Positions 52,034 through 64,000 of a stretch of DNA of 64,000 nt are shown piece by piece. Position 1 is the stretch's first letter. Every line of letters begins with the position of its first letter. Position numbers and translations under genes: made by a program. Under the pieces are notes generated by a model. The model had not been told where the DNA came from and did no database searches. It saw only the letters and a list, made by a program, of their open reading frames with translations. Origin of the DNA: Azolla caroliniana. Lineage: Eukaryota; Plantae; Polypodiophyta. The stretch is from contig JBHGNT010000009.1 of the NCBI GenBank assembly GCA_043228905.1, positions 15,252,001 to 15,316,000 of the forward strand. The letters run 5' to 3'.

Positions 52034-53290
52034 TTCCAAGGTATTAGTCATCCTAATATCCATCGGTATGGGACATTAGTGGTAGGTTGTCTATGTCTTG
52101 ATTATAGCTTAGGGGTGGTCGAGTTCTTCTATCAAATTTATTTATCTTTATTTTACTTTAATTTGGCCTATTGTTTAGTAGTAGACTCTTACAAGGGTTT
52201 ATTGAGTGTGAATAGAGTTGTTATTTTTTATCCCGATTGTAATCTAGCTCAAGACTTACAAGTCTAGGATCAATCATTTCTATTTTGACAAAGGAGACAT
52301 ATTATAGTGTATTGGCTTATTGTTTCATGCTCATTAGAAGAACTTATCTACAACATGCAAATATATTAACAATAACTTTTCAACATTGTAGTTTCCGGAA
52401 ATTTGGAAAAGCATTATTTTGACGGCATACAAGTATGTCTTTGAGTGAATCTAAACATTTTAATAATTATCTTCTGTAAATGATTAACTAGATTCATCAA
52501 TGCTTGAAGATAATTAAAAAATATGCAGAACTCCAAGGATAATAAAGGAGAGCTTTTTGTGATAAGTAATTTATTTAGACATCTATTTTTGGAGCAAGAT
52601 TGCTTTAGTGCTAAGAATTGAAGGTGTGTTTCTTTTGAATCCATTTTATGTCCCTTATTATTTGTTTTCCTATTGCTTTATTGTTTATTTTACCATGCAA
52701 TCTTAAGTTTGATCATGTATGCCCATTCAACCAAGCCTCACATAATATTCCTCTTATATGAGATGTCTTCCTTCTTGAACTTTAGCAAATTACATCTTCT
52801 AGTGTGCACATAGACTCACAAATATGAGGTTCTTTGCTAAGATTTCTTTAATTGGGACTATAAATCAAAAGCAAGGAAATTAAAATGTTGAAAGTTAATG
52901 ATATTCTATCTATGATGGGTGTCTTTCATCTAGATTAATTAATACAACACTCGTTATTAGTAAGGCAAACTTAAATCCACAGATCGTGTATATGCACTTC
53001 TCAAGAGTTGTAAATGCACGCCGAAATGAGGATGTTGTGAATTTTATGTCAAAGGCTAAATATGATGGAGTGTTTCCCAATAACAAGCAAAAGTCTGAAC
53101 AACAAATGGTATTCCTAGTAGTGGAAGACAACTCAACTTACAGTTCAACAATTTCTCAACTTCAAGCAAACAACAAAAAGTCTCATATCCTTAACTTGCT
53201 ATGGATTCTTGCAGGCCTTATATTACATTATTATATCGAGCAAATGAATTTTGGGAGATTAGTATCCCTTTCAATACCAGAAATATTAAC

Positions 53291-53393
53291 AAAGATAACA
53301 TGTATTAAAAAGATTAGCAAAGATAACATGTATTAAAAAGATTAGCAAAGATAACATGTATTAAAAAGATTAGCAAAGATAACATGTATTAAA
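53291..53393. repeat. 28-bp minisatellite, about 3.7 copies
   Basis: AAAGATAACATGTATTAAAAAGATTAGC at 53291, 53319, 53347 and 53375 (partial). Confidence 0.95.
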
Positions 53394-53939
53394 GAGTTTT
53401 TTTTGTTATGCAAAGTTATTCCCCATTTACTATTGATGTTATTGAACCCATGAAGTTTAAACCATTGTCACATGTGCATGTATACATTCCTTTCAAGTAA
53501 CATTGCAAAAACACACAACTTTTATGTTATGTAATCATCTTTTTACAACACATGAGTGTTCCAGGCCAGGAACAGTGTCATCGTTCTAGTTACATTGGGA
53601 CTTCTGTCGGCCAATATGGGGGACAACTGGAATTGATCTTGGCCAGGTTTTCCAACCAACCGGAATATAGCGGGTTAATAATTTTTTAACAGGCTATTTA
53701 CATAGTTTCGTAAAAGAACATGGTAAAAATATATTGTTTTTATGTTTCTATGAACCTTGATTCCCACTTCCCTTTTTTCCCCTCCTTTTGTGTGTATCTG
53801 ACTGTTGACATTACCTGAGCGTGGAGATTTCCTTCTGCTCGTTGCTCCTCGGTCACCGATTGCACAACATCTCCTGCTCACCGCTCTAAGGTATGTATCT
53901 TGCCTATTTTTCTTTCTCTGTTTCTTGCTGACATCCAAC

Positions 53940-54098
53940 ATAGAGTAGGATTCATCCGACCAACTAATTAGAGGCAAAGAAACAATTGTTCTTTTCCTCA
54001 CTTTTAAAAGGAACTTCGCAAGAACATCTATGATAATCCGTAGTTCAATTTGTAGAGAAGCAATAAAATGCTTCGTATCAAAGATATCCCCAAAATCA
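53940..54098 (-). pseudogene. Isolated exon fragment of a plant O-fucosyltransferase (GT106) family gene
   Basis: SDFGDIFDTKHFIASLQIELRII...SLPLISWSDESY matches the family pattern SxFxDIFDxxHFIxSLxxEVRI...PxSWS; retains the TTTCTAG acceptor; no other exons recognised. Confidence 0.72.
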
Positions 54099-54639
54099 CT
54101 AGAAATGAACATAGAAAAGGAATGAATTCCATATGCATTTACTTAATTTGAGGATGCAAATATGTATGCATGTGTAATCAAAGGCAGGTTTTTGTCATGA
54201 ATGCAAATACATCTTTTTCCCATTCAATGTACATTCTAAATCCCTTTTTTCCTATTCAATCTCAATGATACCCTTTTAAATGGCATCACTCTCCATGAAA
54301 AGTTACTCTAGTTGAAGCTCTTGAATTGAGATAAGCGCATAACTAGTATTTATGGGTTTAATGGTACTAACGATTGTTTTGCATTATGAGTATCATGGCT
54401 TTCTCATAGTATAGCTAGTTTGTCTGAATGAAATTGCAAACAAATTGATTTGTTATGTGTTGTTGAATAGATGGATTGTCGATTATTCTTGGTGAAGACA
54501 ATAACCTTCAACAATAAAGATTTCACCATGATGTACACTTGATTTTGCCCGACACGACATAATGCATAAATAGATTTTTCTGTTGGTTTAAAAGATAATA
54601 TTTTCTTGGCTCTAGAATGATGCATTAATGATTGGGGAC

Positions 54640-55610
54640 TATTAGCTAGGTAGGGTGACTATAGTGTAAAAGGAGTTTTGTGGCCGAAAAGCTGAATGCA
54701 GTATAGCCGAAAGTAGGAAAAGTCGGATAGAGCCGAAGTTAAATATTAATAGCCGAAGGACGAATATGCAAAATGTAACAGCTTGGAGAACCACTTCGGA
54801 TGACATTGGTAATGTTAGACTTCCAAGCTGACACAATTGAGCAAGTCATTGACCGTGTGCTTGTAATGGACAACATGTCAATGGTGTCACTTCAATGAGC
54901 CTTACCAAAGGAAGAGGAGTTGAGATTCTGACAAGGTGTCCATGCACAACTTGCTTAAATCCTAGCCATTCAACAATCGAATGCACCATGTGGACGCACT
55001 ATCCTATTTGTCACTCAAGATCCCACATGATCAATCAATGCGAATACAATTTGCTAAACAAAGTGGTTGCTCCAGTTCGACATATCAAGCCGCAAGAAGA
55101 CCGAATTCAGCACGATGACTGAATTTGGCAACTAGAACGTTTGAGAGAAGATGATCGACCCTAGTATGAGGAGATATTCCGGCCGGAGGAGGATAGATTT
55201 CGGTCAGACAAATATCAAAGAGATAGCCGAAACTGATATGATTGCGATTACTCACCTCGATATGAAAGAGGCTGAAGAGTCGACAAATGGCAATTCTACA
55301 CCGAGAATAGAGGTGGACTTGCCGAATCAAGACGAGACAGATATAATTGTTGGCATTATGATCAAAGGAGAATCAACGGTAATCGGGAAGGTAATTACCG
55401 ATTTCAACCCCATGAAAACGCACAGGACGAACAGAGGCGACCTAAACAAGCTATGCAATTCCAATACAATCCCCGGATTCGAGAGGAACCGGATAAAGAA
55501 CAATTCTAGCCACAACAATCACAAATCAAACGAGGTAATTCAAGTGAATTGGCAAATTGAATATGCTATAACTGCAGAAAAAGGATCGCTATCATGAAGT
55601 GCCACGATTA
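54640..55610 (+). mobile_element. Gypsy-like LTR/gag remnant with zinc knuckles
   Basis: CTTCLNPSHSTIEC...ICHSRSHMINQC paired CCHC-like motifs; GCCGAA repeats upstream. Confidence 0.5.
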
Positions 55611-56087
55611 CATTCAGTTTAACTTACAAAGAAAATTCGAACCCACAACCCCTTTTTATATGTGTCAAACCTTTGAGCATTATGATAACATATATGATGT
55701 ATAGTTGTAATAATTATATTATTAATTATTAGAAGATATTTAGCGTTGTTGTGAAGATCCGTCACTACGTAAGGATTCGAAGTTTGCACTAGCTTTAGCG
55801 AGAAAGTATTTAAGATAGATTGAAAGAGAGAGAGATTGAGATAAGATAGAACGCTTGACTTTAGATTTGAGAGACAAGATTAATACATCACAAAAATGGG
55901 ATAATGAATTTTCTTACTCTTCATTTCTTGATTAATACCTAGCCCGTTTTTCCTCTCCATCTACTCTTTTATAGATGCCCCCATGCATATGATGCCTGTG
56001 AGGGTGCAAGACATGCATGAGGTACATGTTTGCCATTTGGCGCTCATGTATTACATGTGTTACATGATAACCATGTCACTCATTCAA

Positions 56088-58700
56088 TGTAAAAAGAATA
56101 GCATGCGGAAGCAATAGAAAACCGAACACAGAAACACAGGTTTAATGGAGAGCTTGAATATACACAATACACGGGAGAGATAGACAGAGTGAGAATGCAC
56201 ACAAAACTCAATTCAAAAATAATACTCAGTCTGTACATAGGATGTGCTTAGTGAGCACTTTTATACAAGTCCATACGGACTGACAGAAGTATTGACAGGT
56301 ACTTCAATGCTCACAAGTGCGACTGTCACCAACTATGAGACAATGATTACCTATTAGTCTAGGCTACTACTAGGCTTCCGGTTCCTGCTCGAATCCGGCT
56401 CTCCGAACCGGCCGGTTGTTTCCGGATACCATCTGGATACTGATCCGGCTCAAGCTTATTCAGCCAATCTGGATCCGGTTGAGCTTGCTTGCTCAACACT
56501 CCCCCTCAAGCTCAACTTGAGGTCGGATAATGGTGTTAGTGTCCGCGGCAGCTGGTTCTTCTACCCGGCTCCTTCTGGCGTTGCTCCGCCTCGCTCGCGT
56601 TCCTCGTCCGGTCCGGTCTTGTTTGCAACGACCATTTTGGTTCTACGCACCTCGACCTCCTCGGTCGGCTTGTTTGCTCAACAAGCCCATTTCAGCTCCC
56701 TCGTTGCTGCGACTCCGACACTTGTCGACCCGTCGGTTCCTTCGTGTTGGCGTCGACTTTCATTGCGTTCGTGTCCACTTGGCCTTTAGTTGATCCGGCT
56801 TCTCCGAATCGTTTTCCTTTGATTCTTTCCAGCTCTTGTCCGAGTTGGTGTTCTCCAACTCGTCTTCCGGTTTCAGGCCCTTCACCACACTGGACCACGT
56901 TCGGGTCTTGGCCGTTTTCTTCCGGTCGGCTCTGTCCTTCTTGACTCTGCCGCCGCTGCCGCTTGTTCCGACCTTTTCGATGTGTCGACTCCTTCGGTCG
57001 GCTCGTCTTCCTTTTTCCTCTTGTCTCCCCCTTTGTTGGTTCTTTCTTCCTCTCCGGCTCCTTGTCTGGTGCCATCTGTTCCCTTTTCTTTTCTCCCCCT
57101 CAAGTGTGGCACGTCGAGATGCTAAACACCAAGCATTTCGGTGAAGTGTTGCAACTTGTCTGATCCGAGTGGTTTGGTGAAGATATCGGCAATCTGCCGA
57201 TCCGTCTGAACATACCGAAGTTCTACTTCACCGCTCAAAACCCGCTCACGCACAAAGTGATAATGCATTTCTATGTGCTTTGTTTGAGCAAGGAACACAG
57301 GGTTCTTGGCAAGCTGAATGCTGCTCATGTTGTCATAATAGAGCAGGATCGGGGTCGAGACCTCAAACCGTAGGTCTCGCAGCAGTCGTCGAAGCTAGAT
57401 GGCTTCACAAGTGGCATTGGTAGCGCCCTGGGATTCAGTCTTAGTGCTCGACAGAGCCACTGTTGGCTGCTTTTTGATGCTCCATGCAACATCCGCGCTA
57501 CCTAGAGAGAACATGTAATCGAAGGTGGATCGGCGATCCGATGCATCACCGGCCCAGTCAGCATCTGTATATCCGACTAGTGCTTCGGTTATACCATGCT
57601 GGTATAACAGTCCCCAGTCCTTTGTGCCGCTCACATACCAGAGTATCTGTCTGGTGTGCGCACGGAAGGTGCTCGACGGTCGGCTTCTACATGAACTGGC
57701 TGATCACTCCGACCGGGTAACTGAGGTCGGGTCGAGTGATCGTCAAATATATCAGGCTTCCGACGATTTGTCAGAATCGTTTCTCATTGCAGGCCGGTCC
57801 GGAGTTGGGATAGAGCTTCTGGTTCCGATCTAGGGCTGTGGAGATCGGTCGGCATTCCGTCATGCCGAACTTATACAACATATTCAACACATAGTGTCTT
57901 TGTGAGAGCAATATGCCATCGGGGGTTCGGATCACCTCGATCCCAAGGAAATAGTGAAGGTCCCCCAGGTCCTTCATCTCAAATGCGTCCGACAACTGGG
58001 ACTTGACACGGCTGATTTCATCGAGTCCGGGTCCGGTGATGACTAGATCATCAACATACAGCACGATGCAAACCAGACCGTCTAGACCTTGCCGGATGAA
58101 CAACGAAGAGTTGGACTTGGAGGCCGCAAACCCCATCTTACGCAACCGGTGCGTGATCTTCGCATTCCAAGCTCGGGGGGCTTGCTTCAGGCCATAAAGT
58201 GACTTCTTCAGCCGACATACCGCCGACTTGTTCATCTCCGATTGGAAATCGGGGGGTTGGGTCATAAAGACCTCTTCTTCAAGATCACCTTGAAGAAATG
58301 CATTCTTCACGTCCATCTGGTGAAGATGCCACCCCCTTGCCGCAACAACTACCAGCACACACGAACCGTTGTCATCTTCGCTACCGGAGCGAAGGTCTCG
58401 TCGTAGTCAATTCCGTGGGTCTGCGCGTATCCCTTCGCCACTAATCGGGCCTTGTATCGGTTAACCAAACTGTCAACATTGTACTTTACCTTGTACACCC
58501 ACTTACATCCGATCGGATTACAGTGTCGGGGAGGGTAAACTAGGTCCCATGTGTCGTTGGCATCAAGTGCCCGCATTTCTTCCTCCTTTGCCGCTTCTGC
58601 GTAGCTCTCCGGCCCACACACTTCCGCCACATTGGTCATGTATGCATACTGAATGTTTTACACGGAGGCAGATCCAGCCGACCCGCCTCGTCCACCACGC
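56088..58700 (-). mobile_element. Ty1/Copia family A, 3' part: RT, RNase H, ~590-bp extra region, PPT, 3' LTR (56498-56088)
   Basis: GCKWVYKVK, QMDVKNAFL, LYVDD, YTDADWAGD and TKHIEMHYHFVRE motifs; PPT CTTGAGGGGGAG at 56510-56499. Confidence 0.92.
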
Positions 58701-61318
58701 CCATGGGGCATCTCCCGGTTTCAGCTTGTACACCCACTTGTTCTTGAGTGCCCTCTTTCCTTTTGGCAACTCTGTCAGTTCATACGTGTGGTTCTCATGC
58801 AGGGAATCCATCTCATCCTGCATGGCACTCAAGCACTTGCGGATGTGAGTGTCTCTCTTTGCTTCTTCGAAGCTTTCTGGCTCCCCCTCATTGGTTAGCA
58901 ACATGTGCTCTGCATCCAGAAATCTCCAAGGGGCTCTTCTCTCTGAGAGAGGATATCTCCGTCCTTGGTTTCTGACTGCCGGTTCCTCCATTTGTTCCTC
59001 ATCTGAATCCAATTCGGGATCTTGTCCGGTTCCGACGTCTTCTTCTTCTTCTTCTTCTTCTGTCGGTTCGGTTTCTTGGCCGTATCCGGCCGGTTCATCG
59101 AGTGTCATCCGGTTACCGGATAACATCCGGTTTTCAACCGGGTATATCCTTGTGTCCTCAAGTTGGTTTTCATTGGATGATCTAGAGTTCATCACCTTCT
59201 TCTCCGACTCCCAGTCGGCAATGGTCTTGTCTTCCATGAAGACTATGTCCCAACTCCGGAACACATTCTTGTCGACCAGATCCCACATTCGGTAACCGAA
59301 CTCATCATCGCCGTATCCAAGGAATATGCATGGTTTGGACTTTGGATCCAACTTTGCTCTCTTGTCCTTTGCAACATGCACATAGGCGAGACACCCGAAC
59401 ACCTTTAGATGCCGGTAAGATACATCTTTATGGGTCTATACTTTCTATGGTGAGTCTCCTTCCAAGGGTGCTGAGGGTGATTTGTTTATCACATAGGTCA
59501 CCGTCATCAACGCCTCAGCCCAAAACGTCTTGGGTAATTTTGCATGTGCCAACATACTCCAGACTCTCTCCATCATGGTTCTCTTTCTGTTCTCGCATGG
59601 AGCTCCTTGAAGACGGATAACATCGGATCCTTTGTCTTCAGCGGTGAGACCCACAGCTTCCAGCTGTGGTCGTCTATGAATGTCACGAAGTATTGGGATT
59701 CGGCATGTGACTTCGTGTCCACTTGACACACATCGGTATGCACAAGCTTTAGTGGTGCACTCCATCTCATCGGTGGTCTTGACCAGAAGGAGGTTTGGTT
59801 TTTTCTTCCCGGCCAAGCAATCGGTGCACTTCTTAAGATGCACGTCTTTCACCTCCGGAATGAGGTTGTCTTCGGCAAGTCTCTTCATCCCCTTCTGGCT
59901 CATATGACACAGTCTCTTGTGTCATAGCTCACCGGTAGTCTCAGATGCTACGTTCACTTCTTCCCGGCATATCCGAGCATTCATCAAGTATAGTGTGTTG
60001 GTCTTCCGGGCTCGAGCCACTATCAAGCTTCCTTTGTTGAACTTCATAACTCCGTTCCGGATGTTACCCGTGTAGCCTTCATCATCTAAACGACTGACTG
60101 ATATCATGTTTAGTCGAACCTTCGGAACGTGTTGGACATCCTTCAGCAGCAACTTGCATATGGTTGATGTCGTCAACAACACATCTCCTATGCCGACAAT
60201 TCAACATGTACCTTCATTCCCCATCCGGACACAACCATGATCTCCGGCTATGTAGGATGAGAAGCACCTCTGGTCCAGTGTAAGGTGGAACGATGCTCCG
60301 GAATCGATAACCCACATTGTCTCGTGGCCGACAAGGTTTAACTCATTCTCTTCGGTAATGAGCATCAATTCTTCTTCATTTGTCGCGATTGCCGACGTTC
60401 CCTTCCGATCCGGGCCTCTCCGGTCCGAACCGTTTCGGTCCGAACTCTTCTTCGAATCAGTAGTGCCGGTTTCTTTCTCTTTCTGGAAATGCCAACAGTT
60501 CTTCTTGAAGTGTCCCACAGGCTCATGTCGATGAAGCACCGGATATAAGCCGTTGTCTTCATGTGCATCACCTCCCACACTGTGGTGTCGATCTTATCGG
60601 GTCTCTTGTCACCGAACTGTACCGGCAACCAAAGATCTTTAACCACCAGCATATCCCTCATCTTCGACTTCCACACTGAGTAGTTGGAGCCGGTGAGCTT
60701 GACCACGCCGCCGAATGATTCTTCCATTTCTTGTGTTGCTCGCTCTGATACCAGTTTGAGAAGAATAGAGCAAAATATTGCTCGGCCACAACTGAGTCTT
60801 GAATCACTTGGATGGAAATCAAACACAGAAATGGGAAGTAGGGAGTGAGCGCACTTACACATACAAAGAACGATAAAGGATACAAAGGATGTTTACATGG
60901 AAAACTCTAATAGGGAAAAACCACGGGAGCCCACAGACTCCAAACTATCACTATATAGGAAAAGGTACAAACAGAGAGGCAACGACCTCGAGCTCTGTAT
61001 CTTCGCCAACCGGCGGTTACAACAAAGTATCGCTCTGTATCTCTCTCTCTCTCTCTATACAATAGTTATATCAACAACAATATGACAACCCCATAACACC
61101 TACAGAGTGATTGCACTAAGTCATATTTATACTTATATGAACTTAGGGCTATTTACAAATATAGCCTCAATAGGCTTACTCAAAACATATTGACAAGTAT
61201 GTCTTCTCTTCCGGTGCTCACTGGGTCCATCCGATCCGGTTTTCGGATCTCTTCCGGTTCTCACCGGGTCCTCTTCATTCATAACCGGATCCCATTCGGA
61301 TGGACTGATTTCCCAACA
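58700..61318 (-). mobile_element. Ty1/Copia family B, 5' part: LTR (61318-60757), PBS, gag, protease, integrase, start of RT; nested in family A gag
   Basis: PBS TGGTATCAGAGC at 60753-60742; KLTGSNYSVWK gag, WVIDSGASFH protease, FGCLAYVH, EPESFEEA and KNKWVYKLK. Confidence 0.9.
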
Positions 61319-61990
61319 TTTTGTTGGCGGCAAACATCTTCTTGAGATTCTCCCACACCTCTTTAGGCGTCTTGGCATCTCGAATGTGGCTAACCATGTG
61401 ATCGCGGACACATGCTGCCAAGCAATACATGATTTGACTCGCCGCTTGCTCCCATGTTGAGTAGTCGGCGTTCTTTGGGGGGTCGGGTCGATTTTCTTGT
61501 GCGTCATTGATGTCGCTCCAATACGCTTGGTCGACAAGGTATTGGTTCGTCTTGTACTCCCAAGATGAATAATTGCTCCGGTCTAGTTTTTCACTAGAGA
61601 GCGAGCTACCCATTTGTGTGTTCATGTTGATTAATATCTTCTCTTTCTTTCTTTTTCTTTTTTTTCCGATCACGTACACGTGCTACGTAGCGGCACTACG
61701 ATAGCGGATAGTGGATAGACAGAATTTGTCGTTGGCGTTTCGAACACACAATCACGAAGAGTCGGATGGACTTAGTGGATGTGCTAAACCACACGCTTTG
61801 ATACCATGTTAAGAATTAGGTAATTAACTACGGCTTAATTAGTACCTAATTATGTGACTAAGCAACGGAAGATTATGTGATGTGTGTATAAGTATATGAG
61901 AGTGTGAGAGAAGGAGAGAAAGAACACTTATGAACAATGAGACAAGATGGGGAATGATTAACTATATTAAAAAGCATCATCATTGGTTGC
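61319..61990 (-). mobile_element. Ty1/Copia (probably family A) 5' end: partial LTR, PBS, gag start
   Basis: PBS TGGTATCAAAGC at 61806-61795; gag SEKLDRSNYSSWEYK...KTPKEVWENLKKMF interrupted by the family B LTR. Confidence 0.85.
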
Positions 61991-62749
61991 GGATCGACGT
62001 AAGACCGGAGAGACGGCAGGTGGTGGCAAGGAGTCAGAGGCCGGAGCGGACGAGGTTACCGAAACGGGTATCCGGTGCGGAAAGACGGACGAGCGGGGCC
62101 AAGAGGGCCAAACAGGGCCGGAAATGACTACGACGATGAAGGAAGAAGAGGCTGACATGGAGGTCGGGACTACGACGAGTGAAGGGCGTGAAACGGAGCA
62201 TGCACTACGGTCAACGAAGGGCCAAGAACAAGCATGCACCCGGAAGATCGACAACGAGTGACCGGTGATAGCGGTCCGATCGAGCCTTTGAGAGGCAAGG
62301 ATGGGACAAAAGGCGGAGCGGTGAGTCGTCGGGATGACGGTACACTCTACCGCGAGAGAGCATGGAGAGCAAGGGAGAAACAAGGAGTGCATAATGGGGT
62401 CACCTAAGGACCGAAGAACAAGCGTGTATTCAGAGGATGACATCGACGCACGGGAAGAGCCTACGGAAGGCAAGCGGGGAACAGAGAGAGACGGCACGCC
62501 GAGGTGCTTGGGACGAGGAGACGGTCGAACCAAAGGAGGGGCACACGCGACACGCGAGGTGTAGAATTCGGCGTACAATCGGAGTAACCGGGGTCTAATC
62601 GGAGGACATACGTGGCGGAACGGATGGAGTCGACGGATCGGGGTCGGTGGGAGCCGGGACGGCGGAGAACCCAGTTGATCACTGTCGTCGAAATCTCTCT
62701 CCTTTCCTTTCATGGCACATACCGGTGGATGTGTGGTTTGGTGGGGGTG

Positions 62750-64000
62750 TGTCGAATACGAATGTATAATGGACGTATTCACACTATCCTCTTAGAGAGC
62801 CCAAGTTCGGGCTATTTTTGTAAATAACATAAAGGGCAGTTGCCCTAAGTGAGTCACTATATAAAGTGACTTTGTAACCTTTTGTAAAGGTTGGTTGTTC
62901 ATTATTGTAACGATTGCCCCTTTATGAATATAGATATATTCTTTGTGCCTCTCTCTCTCGCTCTCTCTGTACGTATTTTGTTCTTGCCCATCTCATACGC
63001 AGGTATTTCTTCCTCACAGATTCATACTGTGTGATCTCTTCCGCACTGACAGCCTTGTCCATTCCCTACATTTGGTATCAGAGCTTGGATGTCCTTCATC
63101 CTGCTGTCGGTCGCCATTCGAATTTTTTGGATCACAACATTCTGTTTTTTGTTTTTTTATTTGAAGAAATAGAGAAGAGAGTAGAAGAAGAAAAACGAGG
63201 CTTGCATCTCATCACGTTAGATCATCTTCGCTTGGAGTAAGCCAGCCGGCTGTACTCTGTTCCTCATGATCGTAACTGCTCGAGGTGAAATCCCCTTGTG
63301 CAACATTGACACGATCATGCTCCACTCGGTTAAACGGCATCCGAACAGGTCACCGAACGCTGCTCGCCGCCCGTTGTAACCACTCGATGCAGATCGGTCT
63401 CAAGACAACAACCCCAATTCGTGCTTCAAACTGATCGACATTCGGGAGGATCAATTGGATCCGTCTCTCTCGTCGCTACAGTCACCCAAAACAGAATTGG
63501 TCCAGATAATCGGTTTCAATAATCGGTATTTGGCATATATATTCGGAAGCGAACCGGGCTCACTCCGACTCGGTAACATTCGGGAAGACTAGTCGGTTCT
63601 GTCCCTCGAGTTACTGGAGTCAATTTGAGCAAGTTCAACAATACATATATTCGAAACCGAACTGACTCGGGTTCAAATCCGACTAGAACGATATCGGGTG
63701 AGCCGACCGACTGCACTCCAACAAGGTTCGTAGTCAACTCCGAACCGAGCTTCGTCAACCGAAACCGAATCTGATGGCATCAACATCCGGCTCATTGGAA
63801 ATGAGTCTAAGGAGGTTCGACGGTTCGAACTTCAATTTTTGGAAGGAGCAAATGCAGGACTATCTTATAGTCAAGGGTCAGATCGATCCGATTGAGAATG
63901 AAACTGCTCCAGAAATATACAAGGAAAATGAGTGGTAGAAGCTGGACAGAATCGTCCGCGCCACGATTCGGATGCACCTGTCGGAGTCAGTGTACTTCAT
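62750..64000 (+). mobile_element. Ty1/Copia element 5' end: LTR 62750-63070, PBS, leader, gag start (continues beyond the window)
   Basis: TG...CA LTR with TATAAA; PBS TGGTATCAGAGC at 63073-63084; gag RFDGSNFNFWKEQMQDYL...RATIRMHL from ~63800 with one internal stop. Confidence 0.88.

Noticed and set aside
61967-62782. 271-aa minus-strand ORF as a novel gene
   Set aside because: Low-complexity S/P/R-rich translation of a GC-rich retroelement 3' region; stop-poor by composition.

Overview
Eukaryotic, intron-rich, TE-dense plant genomic DNA; the gene and TE style suggests a seed-free vascular plant such as a fern, which is an inference. Three host genes were assembled by hand from splice sites. 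(1) The 3' part of a divergent DNA ligase IV-like gene (+, 3453-12116), with a 7-nt microexon and two U12-type GT-AG introns. (2) PsaE (+, 24832-25530). (3) Chloroplast CcdA (-, 50520-27566), with two 8-9 kb TE-filled introns. The rest is mostly nested or decayed Ty1/Copia elements, some Gypsy remnants, many copies of an RTE/RTEX-like LINE family with a 3' stem-loop and (TTTC)n tail, tRNA-derived SINE pieces, MITE-like elements, an orphan O-fucosyltransferase exon and several local tandem duplications. No prokaryotic system, CRISPR array or rRNA gene is seen. All identifications are from motif recognition by eye, without database searches.
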